Shown here: positions 1 through 9,509 of the stretch, one piece after another | Layout of the letters: each line of letters begins with the position of its first letter | Numbering within the stretch: position 1 is the stretch's first letter | Made by a program: the position numbers and the translations under genes | DNA from: an uncultured Chloroflexia bacterium | GTDB lineage: Bacteria; Chloroflexota; Limnocylindria; Limnocylindrales; CSP1-4 | DNA: 64,000 bases | Direction of reading: 5' to 3' | NCBI GenBank assembly: GCA_963813335.1 | Contig: CAWEYL010000001.1 | Span: 864,001-928,000 of the forward strand | The notes under the pieces: model-generated | The model's database searches: none | What the model saw: only the letters and a program-made list of their open reading frames with translations | Told to the model about the DNA's origin: nothing

Positions 1-2
1 GG

Positions 3-773
3 CGCGAGGAGGTCGCGCTCCTCGCCGGGATCAGCGTCGAGTACTACACGCGACTCGAGCGCGGGAATGCGCGCGGCGTCTCCGAGGGCGTGCTCGACGC
101 CGTGAGCACCGCTCTCCAGCTCGACGAGGCGGAGCACGACCACCTCATCGACCTTGCCCGCACGGCCAACGCCGAACTGGCGCCGCGGCGGGCCGCTGCG
201 GCGCAGAAGGTGCGGCCGACCATCGCGCGGATCGTCGATGCCATGGTCGACATGCCGGCCGTCGTGCGGAACGCGCGCCTGGACATCCTGTATGCGAACG
301 ACCTGGGGCGCGCGCTCTACTCCGAGTTGTATCGCGACCCGCGCGGCCCCAACACGGCCCGGTTCACATTCTTCGATCCGAGGTCGCACGCGTTCTGGGC
401 GGACTGGGAGCGTGCCGCAGCCGACACCGTGGCGATCCTGCGCGCCGAGGCGGGGCGCAACCCCTACGACCGGGCGATCTCCGACCTCGTCGGCGAGCTG
501 TCGACCCGCAGCGACGAGTTCCGGGTCCGCTGGGCCGCCCACGACGTGAAGAACCACCGCAGCGGCATCAAGCGCCTGCACCATCCCCTCGTCGGCGACC
601 TCACCCTCACGTACGAGGTGCTGGAGCTGCCGGCGGACCAGGGTCTGACACTGCTGACGTACGCGGCCGAGCCGGCCTCGCCGTCCGAGGAGCGGCTGCG
701 CGAGCTCAAGGCCTGGGCGTCGACTCGCACGAAGCTCGTGGCGGTCCACCCAGCAGGGGACGCCACCACCTGA
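3..773 (+). CDS. MmyB-like XRE-family transcriptional regulator (5' truncated by window edge)
   Basis: Frame from nt 3 reads REEVALLAGISVEYYTRLERG (XRE HTH), followed by an MmyB-type ligand-binding domain (PAVVRNARLDIL...F..RW..HDV...HHPLVG.L.L.YE). Confidence 0.9.
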   Translation, partial: REEVALLAGISVEYYTRLERGNARGVSEGVLDAVSTALQLDEAEHDHLIDLARTANAELAPRRAAAAQKVRPTIARIVDAMVDMPAVVRNARLDILYANDLGRALYSELYRDPRGPNTARFTFFDPRSHAFWADWERAAADTVAILRAEAGRNPYDRAISDLVGELSTRSDEFRVRWAAHDVKNHRSGIKRLHHPLVGDLTLTYEVLELPADQGLTLLTYAAEPASPSEERLRELKAWASTRTKLVAVHPAGDATT

Positions 774-846
774 CGTCCTCGGGTCCTTCGGCACTCGTCA
801 GGTCGACGTTCGGACGCCATCCTCGGATCACGCGGAGGAGGACGTC

Positions 847-1581
847 ATGTCTGGCACCACGATCGACCAGCTGGCCCCGGACCGGGTCGCCCGGATCACC
901 GGGGGCCTCTATGTCACCTACATCCTCGCGGCAGTGCTGGCGGACGCCCTCGGCCATATCGGGCTGGGGAGTACCGAGCAGATGTACCAGTCGATCCTCA
1001 CGGAACCTGGGTCGTTCCGGCTGGGCCTGGTCGTCGCCCTGGTCACGGGGTTCCTGTTCGTCATGGTTGCCTGGGGCCTCTACGTCCTGCTGCGACCGGT
1101 CCACCACACCCTGGCGCTGCTCTTCCTCCTGCTGAATGCCGTCGGGGTCGCCATCCAGGGCGCGGCCATGCTGGGACTGGTGTCCGCGCTGCTGCTCGGG
1201 ACCGGGACGACCAGCGTGCAGGCGTTCTCGGCGCCACAGGTTGAGGGACTCGCGTACCTCTCGCTCGACGCCTACAAGCTGGGCTGGGTCACCGCCCAGC
1301 TGTTCTTCGGAACGTGGCTCTTCCCGCTGGGGTACCTCGTCTACCGGTCCGGCTTCCTCCCACGGTTCCTCGGCGTCCTCCTTGTGCTGGACGGCATCGG
1401 CGTCATGGTCTGGTTCCTGCAGGCCCTGCTCTTCCCGGACTACCACGCGATCATCTACCCCGGGCTGGCGGTGAGCTTCGCCGCCGAGGTCGGACTGGCG
1501 CTGTGGCTTCTGGTCAAGGGCGTCAAGGCCAGCGAGGCCGGTCCGCGGCCGGCCGGGCTGGTCCCGCGACCCTTGACGTAG
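847..1581 (+). CDS. DUF4386-family membrane protein
   Basis: GGAGGA RBS upstream; ARITGGLY start motif; multiple TM segments; LFFGTWLFPLGYLVYRSGFLPR motif. Confidence 0.75.
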   Translation: MSGTTIDQLAPDRVARITGGLYVTYILAAVLADALGHIGLGSTEQMYQSILTEPGSFRLGLVVALVTGFLFVMVAWGLYVLLRPVHHTLALLFLLLNAVGVAIQGAAMLGLVSALLLGTGTTSVQAFSAPQVEGLAYLSLDAYKLGWVTAQLFFGTWLFPLGYLVYRSGFLPRFLGVLLVLDGIGVMVWFLQALLFPDYHAIIYPGLAVSFAAEVGLALWLLVKGVKASEAGPRPAGLVPRPLT

Positions 1582-1729
1582 GCGCCGTCGGGCCTCTCGC
1601 CCCCGATCCGGCCCAAGGGACTACGCGAAACGGGCCGAATGGCCGATGCCCGGCCCGTTCCTGCCATCCGAGACTGGACCGTTGTGTTCCGGGAGTAAGC
1701 GCCGCCTCGCGCGGCGGCTAGGGGAGACG

Positions 1730-2683
1730 ATGACGCTCGAGATCCACGGTCTCCGGAAGCGGTTCGGCGACGTACAGGCCCTCGACGACGTGACATTGAC
1801 CGTCACGCCGGGTCAGGTCTTCGGGTTCCTCGGGGCCAACGGCGCCGGCAAGACGACCACGATGCGCGTCGTCCTGGGGTTCCTCCGCGCCGACGAGGGC
1901 ACGGTCACCTGGAAGGGTCGCGAAGCCCACACCTGGCCGCGTCGCACGTGGGGATACCTGCCCGAGGAACGGGGCCTCTATCCACGGATGCCCGTCCTCG
2001 AGCAGCTCGTGTTCTTCTCGTCGCTCTATGGCATCCGGCGCGACGTGGCCCGCCGCCAGGCGCTCGACTGGCTGGCGCGCTTCAGGATCGGCGAGTACGC
2101 CGACCGGCGGGCGGACACGCTCTCGAAGGGCAACCAGCAGAAGGTGCAGTTCATCGCCACGATCCTGCACGACCCGGACGTGCTCCTCATGGACGAGCCG
2201 TTCAGCGGCCTGGATCCGGTCAATGTGGCCATGCTCAAGGACGCCTTCCTCGAGATGCGCGACCGGGGCAAGACGATCATGTTCAGCACGCACCAACTGG
2301 ACATGGCCGAGGAACTTTGCGAGTCGGTGGCGATCATCGACCACGGGCGGATCGTCGTGTCCGGTCCCACCCGGGACGTCAAGCACGCGACCGGTCACCA
2401 GGTCGTCCGGGTCGCCACCTCGACCGACGGCGACGCGAGCTGGCTCATGTCGCTGCCGCACGTGACGGTCACCCGGCCGGGCGAGGACTACACGGAGCTC
2501 CGGGTCGACGAGGGCACCGACCCGCAGGTCGTCCTGCAGGCGGCGTTCCAGCATGGCGGCGACGTCTTGCGCTTCGAGGTCGCCGATCCGTCGCTCGAGG
2601 AGGTCTTCGTCGAGCGCGTCGGCGCCCTCGACAAGGAGGAGCGCACCCTGGCGGCGGCAGGTGCCACGGGAGGCGACCGATGA
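1730..2683 (+). CDS. ABC-2 type exporter ATP-binding protein (NatA/YhaQ-like)
   Basis: Walker A GANGAGKTT, signature LSKGNQQK, Walker B LLMDEPFSGLDP; ATG at 1730 after GGGGAG. Confidence 0.92.
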   Translation: MTLEIHGLRKRFGDVQALDDVTLTVTPGQVFGFLGANGAGKTTTMRVVLGFLRADEGTVTWKGREAHTWPRRTWGYLPEERGLYPRMPVLEQLVFFSSLYGIRRDVARRQALDWLARFRIGEYADRRADTLSKGNQQKVQFIATILHDPDVLLMDEPFSGLDPVNVAMLKDAFLEMRDRGKTIMFSTHQLDMAEELCESVAIIDHGRIVVSGPTRDVKHATGHQVVRVATSTDGDASWLMSLPHVTVTRPGEDYTELRVDEGTDPQVVLQAAFQHGGDVLRFEVADPSLEEVFVERVGALDKEERTLAAAGATGGDR

Positions 2684-4005
2684 GCACGGTCTCGAATGTC
2701 TACGCCGTGACCCGGCGCGAGTTCCTGACGAGGGCGATGTCGCGAACGTTCGTCGTCTCCACGGCCCTGCTGGTCGTCGGCGTGGTGGCGATCGCCCTCG
2801 CGCCGGTGATCATCCGCTACGTCGACCGGACGGACGCGCAGCGCATCGCCGTCTGGACCGGTGCGCGCGACCTCGGCATCGACCCCGCCTCGTCGATCTC
2901 GGTGCTCCTCAACGCCCGATCGACGGCCGATACCCCGCCGGCGGATGCGGAACCCGATTTCACGGTCACTGCCGTTCCCGACCTCGCCGCTGCCCGGGCC
3001 GCCGTGACGCGCGGCGACTACGCGGCGGTCCTGGCCATCGAGCGTGGCGTTGGCGGCGATCTCGCGTTCACCCTCTACACGAACGAGGGCGCGACCGGAC
3101 GGGCCCCGGCGCTGATCCGCCAGGCGTCCACGACGATCGCGATCAGCGACCGTCTGGCTCGCCTCGGCGTGGCGCCGGCCAGCCAGGCCGGTGTCTTCCA
3201 GCCCGCGCCGTACGAAGTGATGTGGCCGGATCCGACCAGGGCGGAAGCGCCGCGCAGCCTGTCGGACGAGACCGCCAACGGCCTGCTCGGATTCGGGATG
3301 ACCATCCTCGTCTACATGATGATCATCATGTACGGGAACTGGGTCGCGAGCAGCGTCGTCGAGGAGAAATCCTCGAGGGTGATGGAGGTCATCCTCAACG
3401 CGGCGACACCGTTCCAGCTGCTGTCCGGCAAGGTGCTCGGGGTGAGTGCCGTGGCGCTCCTGCAGTACGCCGCGGTGCTGGTGGCGGGCTCGATCGCGCT
3501 CGCGGCGCAGGCATCGGTCGCGTCGGCCGCCCTGGGCGCGGGTTCCGCGAGCCTCTCGCTCCCGGCGGGCCTCACGTTCGGGATGCTCGCGATGCTCTTC
3601 GTCTATGGCGTGCTCGGCTTCGTGCTCTATGCCGTGCTGTTCGCGGCCGCCGGCTCACTCGTCAGCCGGCAGGAGGACGTCAACACGGTGGTCATGCCGC
3701 TGACCCTCATCTGCACGGCCGGCTATTTCGTCGGCGTCTACGCGGGGATCGGCCTGCTCGACATCCGCTCCGCCTGGATGCCGGCCCTGTCGCAGGTGCC
3801 GTTCATGAGCCCGTTCATGATGCTGAGCCGCATCATGGTCGGGGGCGTGGAACCGTGGGAGATCGTCCTCTCGATCGCGCTCCTCGTCGCAGCGATCGTG
3901 GCGGCGCTGTGGGTCGCCGCAAGGATCTACGCCGTGGGTGTCCTGCTTTATGGGCAGCGCCCGGCGCCCAAGGTGGTCTGGCGGCTGGTCCGGTCCGGGA
4001 TGTGA
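2680..4005 (+). CDS. ABC-2 exporter permease (NatB/YhaP-like)
   Basis: ATGA overlap with the ATPase gene; VVEEKSSRVMEVIL and LLSGKVLG motifs; several TM helices. Confidence 0.9.
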   Translation: MSTVSNVYAVTRREFLTRAMSRTFVVSTALLVVGVVAIALAPVIIRYVDRTDAQRIAVWTGARDLGIDPASSISVLLNARSTADTPPADAEPDFTVTAVPDLAAARAAVTRGDYAAVLAIERGVGGDLAFTLYTNEGATGRAPALIRQASTTIAISDRLARLGVAPASQAGVFQPAPYEVMWPDPTRAEAPRSLSDETANGLLGFGMTILVYMMIIMYGNWVASSVVEEKSSRVMEVILNAATPFQLLSGKVLGVSAVALLQYAAVLVAGSIALAAQASVASAALGAGSASLSLPAGLTFGMLAMLFVYGVLGFVLYAVLFAAAGSLVSRQEDVNTVVMPLTLICTAGYFVGVYAGIGLLDIRSAWMPALSQVPFMSPFMMLSRIMVGGVEPWEIVLSIALLVAAIVAALWVAARIYAVGVLLYGQRPAPKVVWRLVRSGM

Positions 4006-5273
4006 CGACGCCACCACGCGGGCCGGCCACGAGTGGCCGATCGGGTGGACATTGCCCGATCGCCGTCGTCCTGGTCGCTGCGCTCGCGATCACCGCCCTG
4101 GCCCTCAGCGCATGCGGCGGCACCAGCCCCTCAGGGTCCTCGCCAGTGGCGAGTCCCGCAGCGCCGGCAGCGACCGTCTCGATGGCGCCCGCCCCGTCCC
4201 CAGTCGGCTCGCCGGCCACCGCGCAGACCATCCTCGACACGGCGCGCCAGACATACGGGGCGCCGGGCGCGCTCGCGGTGATCCGGCACGGCAACGAGCG
4301 GACCTTCCTTGGCTCAGGCGCCGCCGACACCGCAGGGACGCCCATCTCCGAGACGACCCGCTTCCGCATCGCCAGCATCACGAAGCCCATCGTGGCGGCG
4401 CTGGTCCTGGACGCCGTCGCGCGAGGGGAGATCGGCCTCGACGACGTGGTCGGAGATCTCCTGCCCGGCGTCCTGCGGCCCGAGCCGCCCGTCACGGTCC
4501 GCCAGCTTCTCGACCACACGAGCGGCATCTTCGACGAGAGCAACGGCGTCGCGACGCAGGCGGAGATCGAAGCCGACATCGCGAAGCTGGACGACCCGGC
4601 GCTCCGCGACGAGGCGGACGCGACCCTGCGACAGGTGCTCGCCGGAAAGCGGTCCATCGCGTCGGACCGCGTGCTGATCGCGCTCTCGGAAACCCACGAT
4701 CGCCTGTTCGCGCCGGGGACGCAGTACGCGTACAGCAACATCAACTACCAGGTCGCGGCGATGCTCCTCGAGCGACGCACCGGGACGTCGCTCGCCGACC
4801 TCCTGCAGGCCAGGCTCGTCGAGCCGCTCGGGCTCCAGCGGGTGTCGATCGCACCGCCGGACACGGCGTCCCCCGAGTTCCGCGGCTACGGGACGTCCAC
4901 CGCCGACGGATCGCTCGTGGACATGACCGACGACCTGGGCTGGTTCGGCAACGGCGGGAACGGCGGGATCATCTCCACCCCCGATGACCTGCTCACCGCC
5001 ATGCAGGCGATCGTCGGAGGCAGGTACGTGCCCGCCGGGCTGACCAAGGCGATGCTGACCCTGGGCCAGGGCTCATACGGGCTGGGGATCGGCGGCTATC
5101 CGTTCGCCTGCGGCACCCTCTACGGCCATCAGGGCGGGGTGAACGGCACCGCATCCATCGCCGCCGCGTCCACCGACGGCAAGGACGGCGTCGTCGTCGC
5201 CTTCAACCTGCGCAGCGCCGGCGATCCCGACCTGGTCGGCCTCGCGGAGGACCTGCTCTGTTCGAGCAGGTAG
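4002..5273 (+). CDS. Secreted/lipoprotein serine hydrolase, beta-lactamase (class C / D-Ala-D-Ala peptidase) family
   Basis: Lipobox-like LSAC; FRIASITK (SxxK), LLDHTSG, YSN and GHQG motifs; start approximate. Confidence 0.85.
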   Translation: MTTPPRGPATSGRSGGHCPIAVVLVAALAITALALSACGGTSPSGSSPVASPAAPAATVSMAPAPSPVGSPATAQTILDTARQTYGAPGALAVIRHGNERTFLGSGAADTAGTPISETTRFRIASITKPIVAALVLDAVARGEIGLDDVVGDLLPGVLRPEPPVTVRQLLDHTSGIFDESNGVATQAEIEADIAKLDDPALRDEADATLRQVLAGKRSIASDRVLIALSETHDRLFAPGTQYAYSNINYQVAAMLLERRTGTSLADLLQARLVEPLGLQRVSIAPPDTASPEFRGYGTSTADGSLVDMTDDLGWFGNGGNGGIISTPDDLLTAMQAIVGGRYVPAGLTKAMLTLGQGSYGLGIGGYPFACGTLYGHQGGVNGTASIAAASTDGKDGVVVAFNLRSAGDPDLVGLAEDLLCSSR

Positions 5274-5294
5274 GCACGGCTGTTCGACAAAGCG

Positions 5295-5753
5295 TCAAGA
5301 CGTCACCCGTGGACGCACCGTCGCGCCCCCGGACGGGTCCTCCAGGCGCCGGAGGGCATCGAGGACCTCCGCGACGATCCGGGCCATGGGCGTGAACGAC
5401 GACGCCACGCGGATCGTGGCGGACTGGCTCAGCATCGCGTTGTAGGAAGCGCCGCCGCTTGCCTGGCTCCGGATGTCGGTCCGGATGAGCACGATCGGCT
5501 TCTTGCCATAGGCGTAACCGCACTCCCAGGCAGTCCCCGAATCGGGATCCGAGCCATCCATGATCGCGACGAGGGCGTCCGCCCGATCGATCCCGTGGAC
5601 ATCCGTGGCGAAGATCCCTGCGGCGTCCATGCCGGGTTCCTGCTCCTGGGGCAGGAAGACCTCGTGTCCCCCGTCGCGAAGGGCTGCCGCGAGCTCGTCA
5701 TTCCAGGCCCGCTCCGCGGCCGAGAAGAGCGGCGCGGCGAAGTACACCTTCAT
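5295..5753 (-). CDS. Nucleoside 2-deoxyribosyltransferase / Rcl-like nucleotide N-glycosidase
   Basis: MKVYFAAPLF, DSGTAWECGYAYG and YNAML motifs. Confidence 0.85.
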   Translation of the reverse strand: MKVYFAAPLFSAAERAWNDELAAALRDGGHEVFLPQEQEPGMDAAGIFATDVHGIDRADALVAIMDGSDPDSGTAWECGYAYGKKPIVLIRTDIRSQASGGASYNAMLSQSATIRVASSFTPMARIVAEVLDALRRLEDPSGGATVRPRVTS

Positions 5754-5893
5754 CGCCTTCCAGTATCGCTGAGGGCCGGTCTCCATCGTCGGCCGATCCC
5801 ACGCCGTGTGCCCTCCGGCACTGGCGCTGAAGCCCTGGGCAGCAGGACCATGGTCGCGGCTGCTGAGCACAGACTCGAAGGAGCGACACGACC

Positions 5894-6376
5894 ATGGTCA
5901 GCGAGACGATCAAGAACATCCCCAGCCTGTCGGAAGAGGGCGGCAACGGCTTCGAGAAGGCCAAGGCGGAAGCCACGAACGCGGTCGGCTCCGGGCCGCT
6001 TGACGAGGCGATCGCGCGCATCGTCGAGAAGATCGGCGCGAAGGCCGGTGTCCAGGCGGCATTCGGTCAGCCGGTCACGAACGGCGACGTGACGGTGGTG
6101 CCCGTGGCGCGCGTGCGCTGGGGCTTCGGCGCCGGCTCGGGCATGGGTCCGGATCCGAAGACGTCGGCGGACAAGGGCGCCCCGACATCGAGCGGGTCGG
6201 GTGCCGGCGGCGCGGTCGGCGTCACGCCCGTCGGATATCTCGAGATCCGCACGAGCGGGGCCGAGTTCAAGCCCCTCTCGCCGGTCACGCCCAGCCCGCT
6301 CTTCGTATTCGTGGGCGGCCTGGCCGCGTGGCTTGTCTTCCGCGGCATCGCGGGCATCATCCGCGCCGCTCGCTGA
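5894..6376 (+). CDS. GerW/YtfJ-family protein
   Basis: FGQPV...TVVPVARVRWGFGAGSG and GGAVGVTPVGYL motifs; AAGGAG RBS. Confidence 0.75.
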   Translation: MVSETIKNIPSLSEEGGNGFEKAKAEATNAVGSGPLDEAIARIVEKIGAKAGVQAAFGQPVTNGDVTVVPVARVRWGFGAGSGMGPDPKTSADKGAPTSSGSGAGGAVGVTPVGYLEIRTSGAEFKPLSPVTPSPLFVFVGGLAAWLVFRGIAGIIRAAR

Positions 6377-6417
6377 CCGCCAGGCGACGAACATCTCCCG
6401 ACCACTGGAGGACATTG

Positions 6418-6612
6418 ATGCGTCGCCGATCCAGCCCACTGTGGATCCTGATCCTCGGTGGGACCGTCGCCGTCGCGATCGTCCTTGGCGCCGTTTGGGC
6501 GGTGGCTCCGGCGGACGCGCGCGGACTGTTGATGCTTGCCGGCGGGGCGTTGACCGTGGCGGTGTACGTGGTCCTCTACGCCATCCAGCGGCGCCGCCAC
6601 TGGGGTTCGTGA
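6418..6612 (+). CDS. Small two-TM membrane protein
   Basis: GGAGG RBS before ATG 6418; two hydrophobic segments. Confidence 0.55.
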   Translation: MRRRSSPLWILILGGTVAVAIVLGAVWAVAPADARGLLMLAGGALTVAVYVVLYAIQRRRHWGS

Positions 6613-8826
6613 TCCGGTCGACGCTCGTCGACTGGGTCGCCCTGGAGCGCCGCCCACACCCGCCCCGAGGTCATCGGGAGCTCGCGGAGGCGCACGCCCG
6701 TGGCCGCCGCGATCGCATTGGCGATGGCCGCCGGGGCTGGGAGGACCGGAGCCTCGGCCATGCCGCGCGCGCCGAACGGGCCCTCCGGCGCCGGGATCTC
6801 CAGCCAATGGGTCTCGATCGGCGGGAGCATCGACGCCCGAGGCAGCGCGTAGTCCATCAGCGTCCCGGTGAGCAGCTGACCGGCGTCGTCGTGCACAAGC
6901 GCCTCGACCAACGCCCGGCCGATGCCCTGGACGACGCCGCCGACCATCTGGCCCTCGACAAGCGCCGGGTTGAGCGCCCGGCCGACGTCTTGCACCGCAA
7001 CATAGTCCAGCAGCGTGACCATGCCGGTCTCCGAGTCCACGCGCACATGGACGAGGTGCGCCGTGGCGGTGGGGGCTTGCTCGGTGTGAGCGGTGGCGCC
7101 GTGGCCCTCGACCGGCGGATGCGGCGACGCCCAGGTCGTGGCCAGCTCGTGCGCCAGATCCGCGACGACGATCCCCGACGACGAGCCATCGCTGGGCCGG
7201 ATCACCCCATCGACGAGCTCCAGGTCGCGCGGGTCGATCTCCAGGTCCTCCGCGGCGATCGCAAGCAGTCGATCCCGGGCATCCTTGGCGGCCGCCCGGA
7301 CGGCAGGCCCGACCGCATAGGTGATCGCGCTCGCGTTCGTCGCGGGCGTCGGCGGCGCGCTGTCGGTGGACGGGACCACCACGCGCACCGCCTCGAACGG
7401 GATGCCGAACTCCTCCGCGGCGATGGCGCCGAGGATCGTCAGGCTGCCGGCCAGGTCGACGACGCCAGTGACGACCGTGAGCGTGCCGTCGGGCTCGAGC
7501 CGGCACGTCGCCGCCGCCGGCTGCATCGAATTGCGCCACACGCCGACTGCCACGCCGACGCCCTCGCCTGCAGGGAGCGCGTCGCGCCCCACCCACAGCG
7601 GATGGGCTCGGACCGCCTCGAGGCACTCGACGAGACCGATCCGGGGCCATCGGTCCTCCGCCGATCATCGGGTCGCCCTCGGCGACGAGGTTGCGCAGAC
7701 GAAGATCGATGGGATCGACGCCGAGCGTCGCCGCAAGCTCGTCGAGCAGGGACTCGAGGGCGAACAGGCCCTGCGGCCCGGAGGGAGCACGGTAGTTGCC
7801 GGACCCGAATCTGTTCGTCCGGACGCCCGCCGAGCGCACGTCGATCGCAGGCCATCGGTACGGGCCTGAGATCAGGCCCGCAGCGAACCACTCCCACGAG
7901 GCGTCGGGAAACGCTCCCGCGTCGTAGACCATGTCGGCCTGGAGGCCGGCGAGCCGGCCGTCGCGTCCGGCGCCGATCCGCAGCCGGGTCGTCACCGCCT
8001 GAGCGGGGTTCGTCGCCGCCATGTCCTCGCGACGGGTCAGCACCAGGCGGACGGGCCGGTGGAGACACAGCGCCGCGCCCGCCACGAGTGGCTCGATCAG
8101 CACCTCCTTGGAGCCGAACGCGCCGCCGATCGGCGGCGCCGTGACGCGGACCCGGCTCGGCGGGAGGTCGAACAGCGTCGCGAGCGTGTCGCGGGCGGCG
8201 AACAGGCCCTGCGTGCTCGATGCGACCACGAGGGTGCCGTCGTCATCGATCCACGCCGTCGCGGCGTGCGGCTCGATGTAGCCCTGGTGGACCCACGGGG
8301 CGGCGAAGCGGCCGTGGACCACCACGTCTGCGGTGGCGAGCGCGGCGGCGGCGTCGCCGTCAATGACGTGGTACCGCTCGAGTACTTGGTCGCCGCCGGC
8401 ATCGGCGACGGCCTCCGCGTCGAGGATCGGCTCGAGCGGCTGGGCATCGACGAGGACCAGATCGGCGCCATCCGTCGCCGCCGCTTCTGTGCGTGCGACG
8501 ACCAGGGCGACCGGCTGGCCCGCGAACACGGCCACGTCCCGTGCGAGCGGCACGGCGCGCCGCCCCTCGCCAGCCGCGACGCGGAAGTCGTTCGCGGTCA
8601 GGACCGCGACGACGCCGGGCACCGCAAGGGCGGCGGAGGCGTCGATGGATCGGATCTGTGCGTGCGCGTACACGGACGGCACGATCCGCGCGTGGAGGAG
8701 CCCAGCGGGCGCCGTCTGGTCTGCGGCGAAGCGTGCGGTGCCTGTCACCTTGGCGAGCGAGTCGGCGCGTGGTCGAGAGACCCCGATGACGCGGTAGGCT
8801 GCGCCATCCCCGCGACCTTTTGCCAT
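6576..8826 (-). CDS. Xanthine dehydrogenase/CoxL-family molybdopterin-binding subunit (frame break near 7650)
   Basis: KVTGTARF, HQGYIEPH, IGGAFGSK, YRAP, DVGRALNP..VEGQ..GG..QGIG and GPFGARGMAE motifs, split across two frames. Confidence 0.88.
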
Positions 8827-8951
8827 CCGCGCATTGTGCGCCGTACCGCGCGCGTGATCACCTGGCGACTCGCGAAGATGGAACAAACCGGTTCGCTCCT
8901 GCCCCAGACTGGACAGAGTGGTCAGACGACCGCCGCGCCGAAGGTTGACCG

Positions 8952-9509
8952 ATGCAGCGAGACCTCGTGGTTCGGGCGCAGGCAGGAGATCTCGATGCCT
9001 TCTCGGCATTGACGGCCGGCACGACCGATCGGCTCTTCGGGGCCGCACGGCTCATCCTCCGCGATGACGAGCGCGCCGCCGATGCCGTGCAGGATGCGCT
9101 CCTCCAAGCCTGGCTCGATCTACGCGGTCTGCGTGACTCGGACCGGTTCGACGCCTGGCTGCATCGCCTGCTCGTCCGGGCCTGCTACCGCGCCGCGAAA
9201 CGGGGCCGACAGCGGGAAGTGGTCGAGCTCGCCCTCGACTCGACGCTGGAGCCGATGACGCCCGACGCCCAGCGCGTCGTGGCCGTGCGTGACCAGCTCG
9301 ACCGGGGCTTCCGGCGCCTGTCGCCAGAGCAGCGGGCCGTGATCGTCCTCCACCACTACCTCGGCCTCTCGCTGGCCGAGTCCGCCGAGGCGCTGGCGAT
9401 CCCGCTCGGCACGATGCAATCCCGTCTCAGCAGGGCGACGCAGGCGATGCGGGCGGCCCTCGAAGCCGATGAGCGACCCGCCGTGGGCGCCGTGGAGGTG
9501 GCCCGATGA
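8952..9509 (+). CDS. ECF (sigma-70 group 4) RNA polymerase sigma factor
   Basis: Region 2 AADAVQDALLQAW...FDAWL; region 4 LSPEQRAVIVLHHYLGLS..E.A..L.IPLGT..SRL. Confidence 0.92.
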   Translation: MQRDLVVRAQAGDLDAFSALTAGTTDRLFGAARLILRDDERAADAVQDALLQAWLDLRGLRDSDRFDAWLHRLLVRACYRAAKRGRQREVVELALDSTLEPMTPDAQRVVAVRDQLDRGFRRLSPEQRAVIVLHHYLGLSLAESAEALAIPLGTMQSRLSRATQAMRAALEADERPAVGAVEVAR

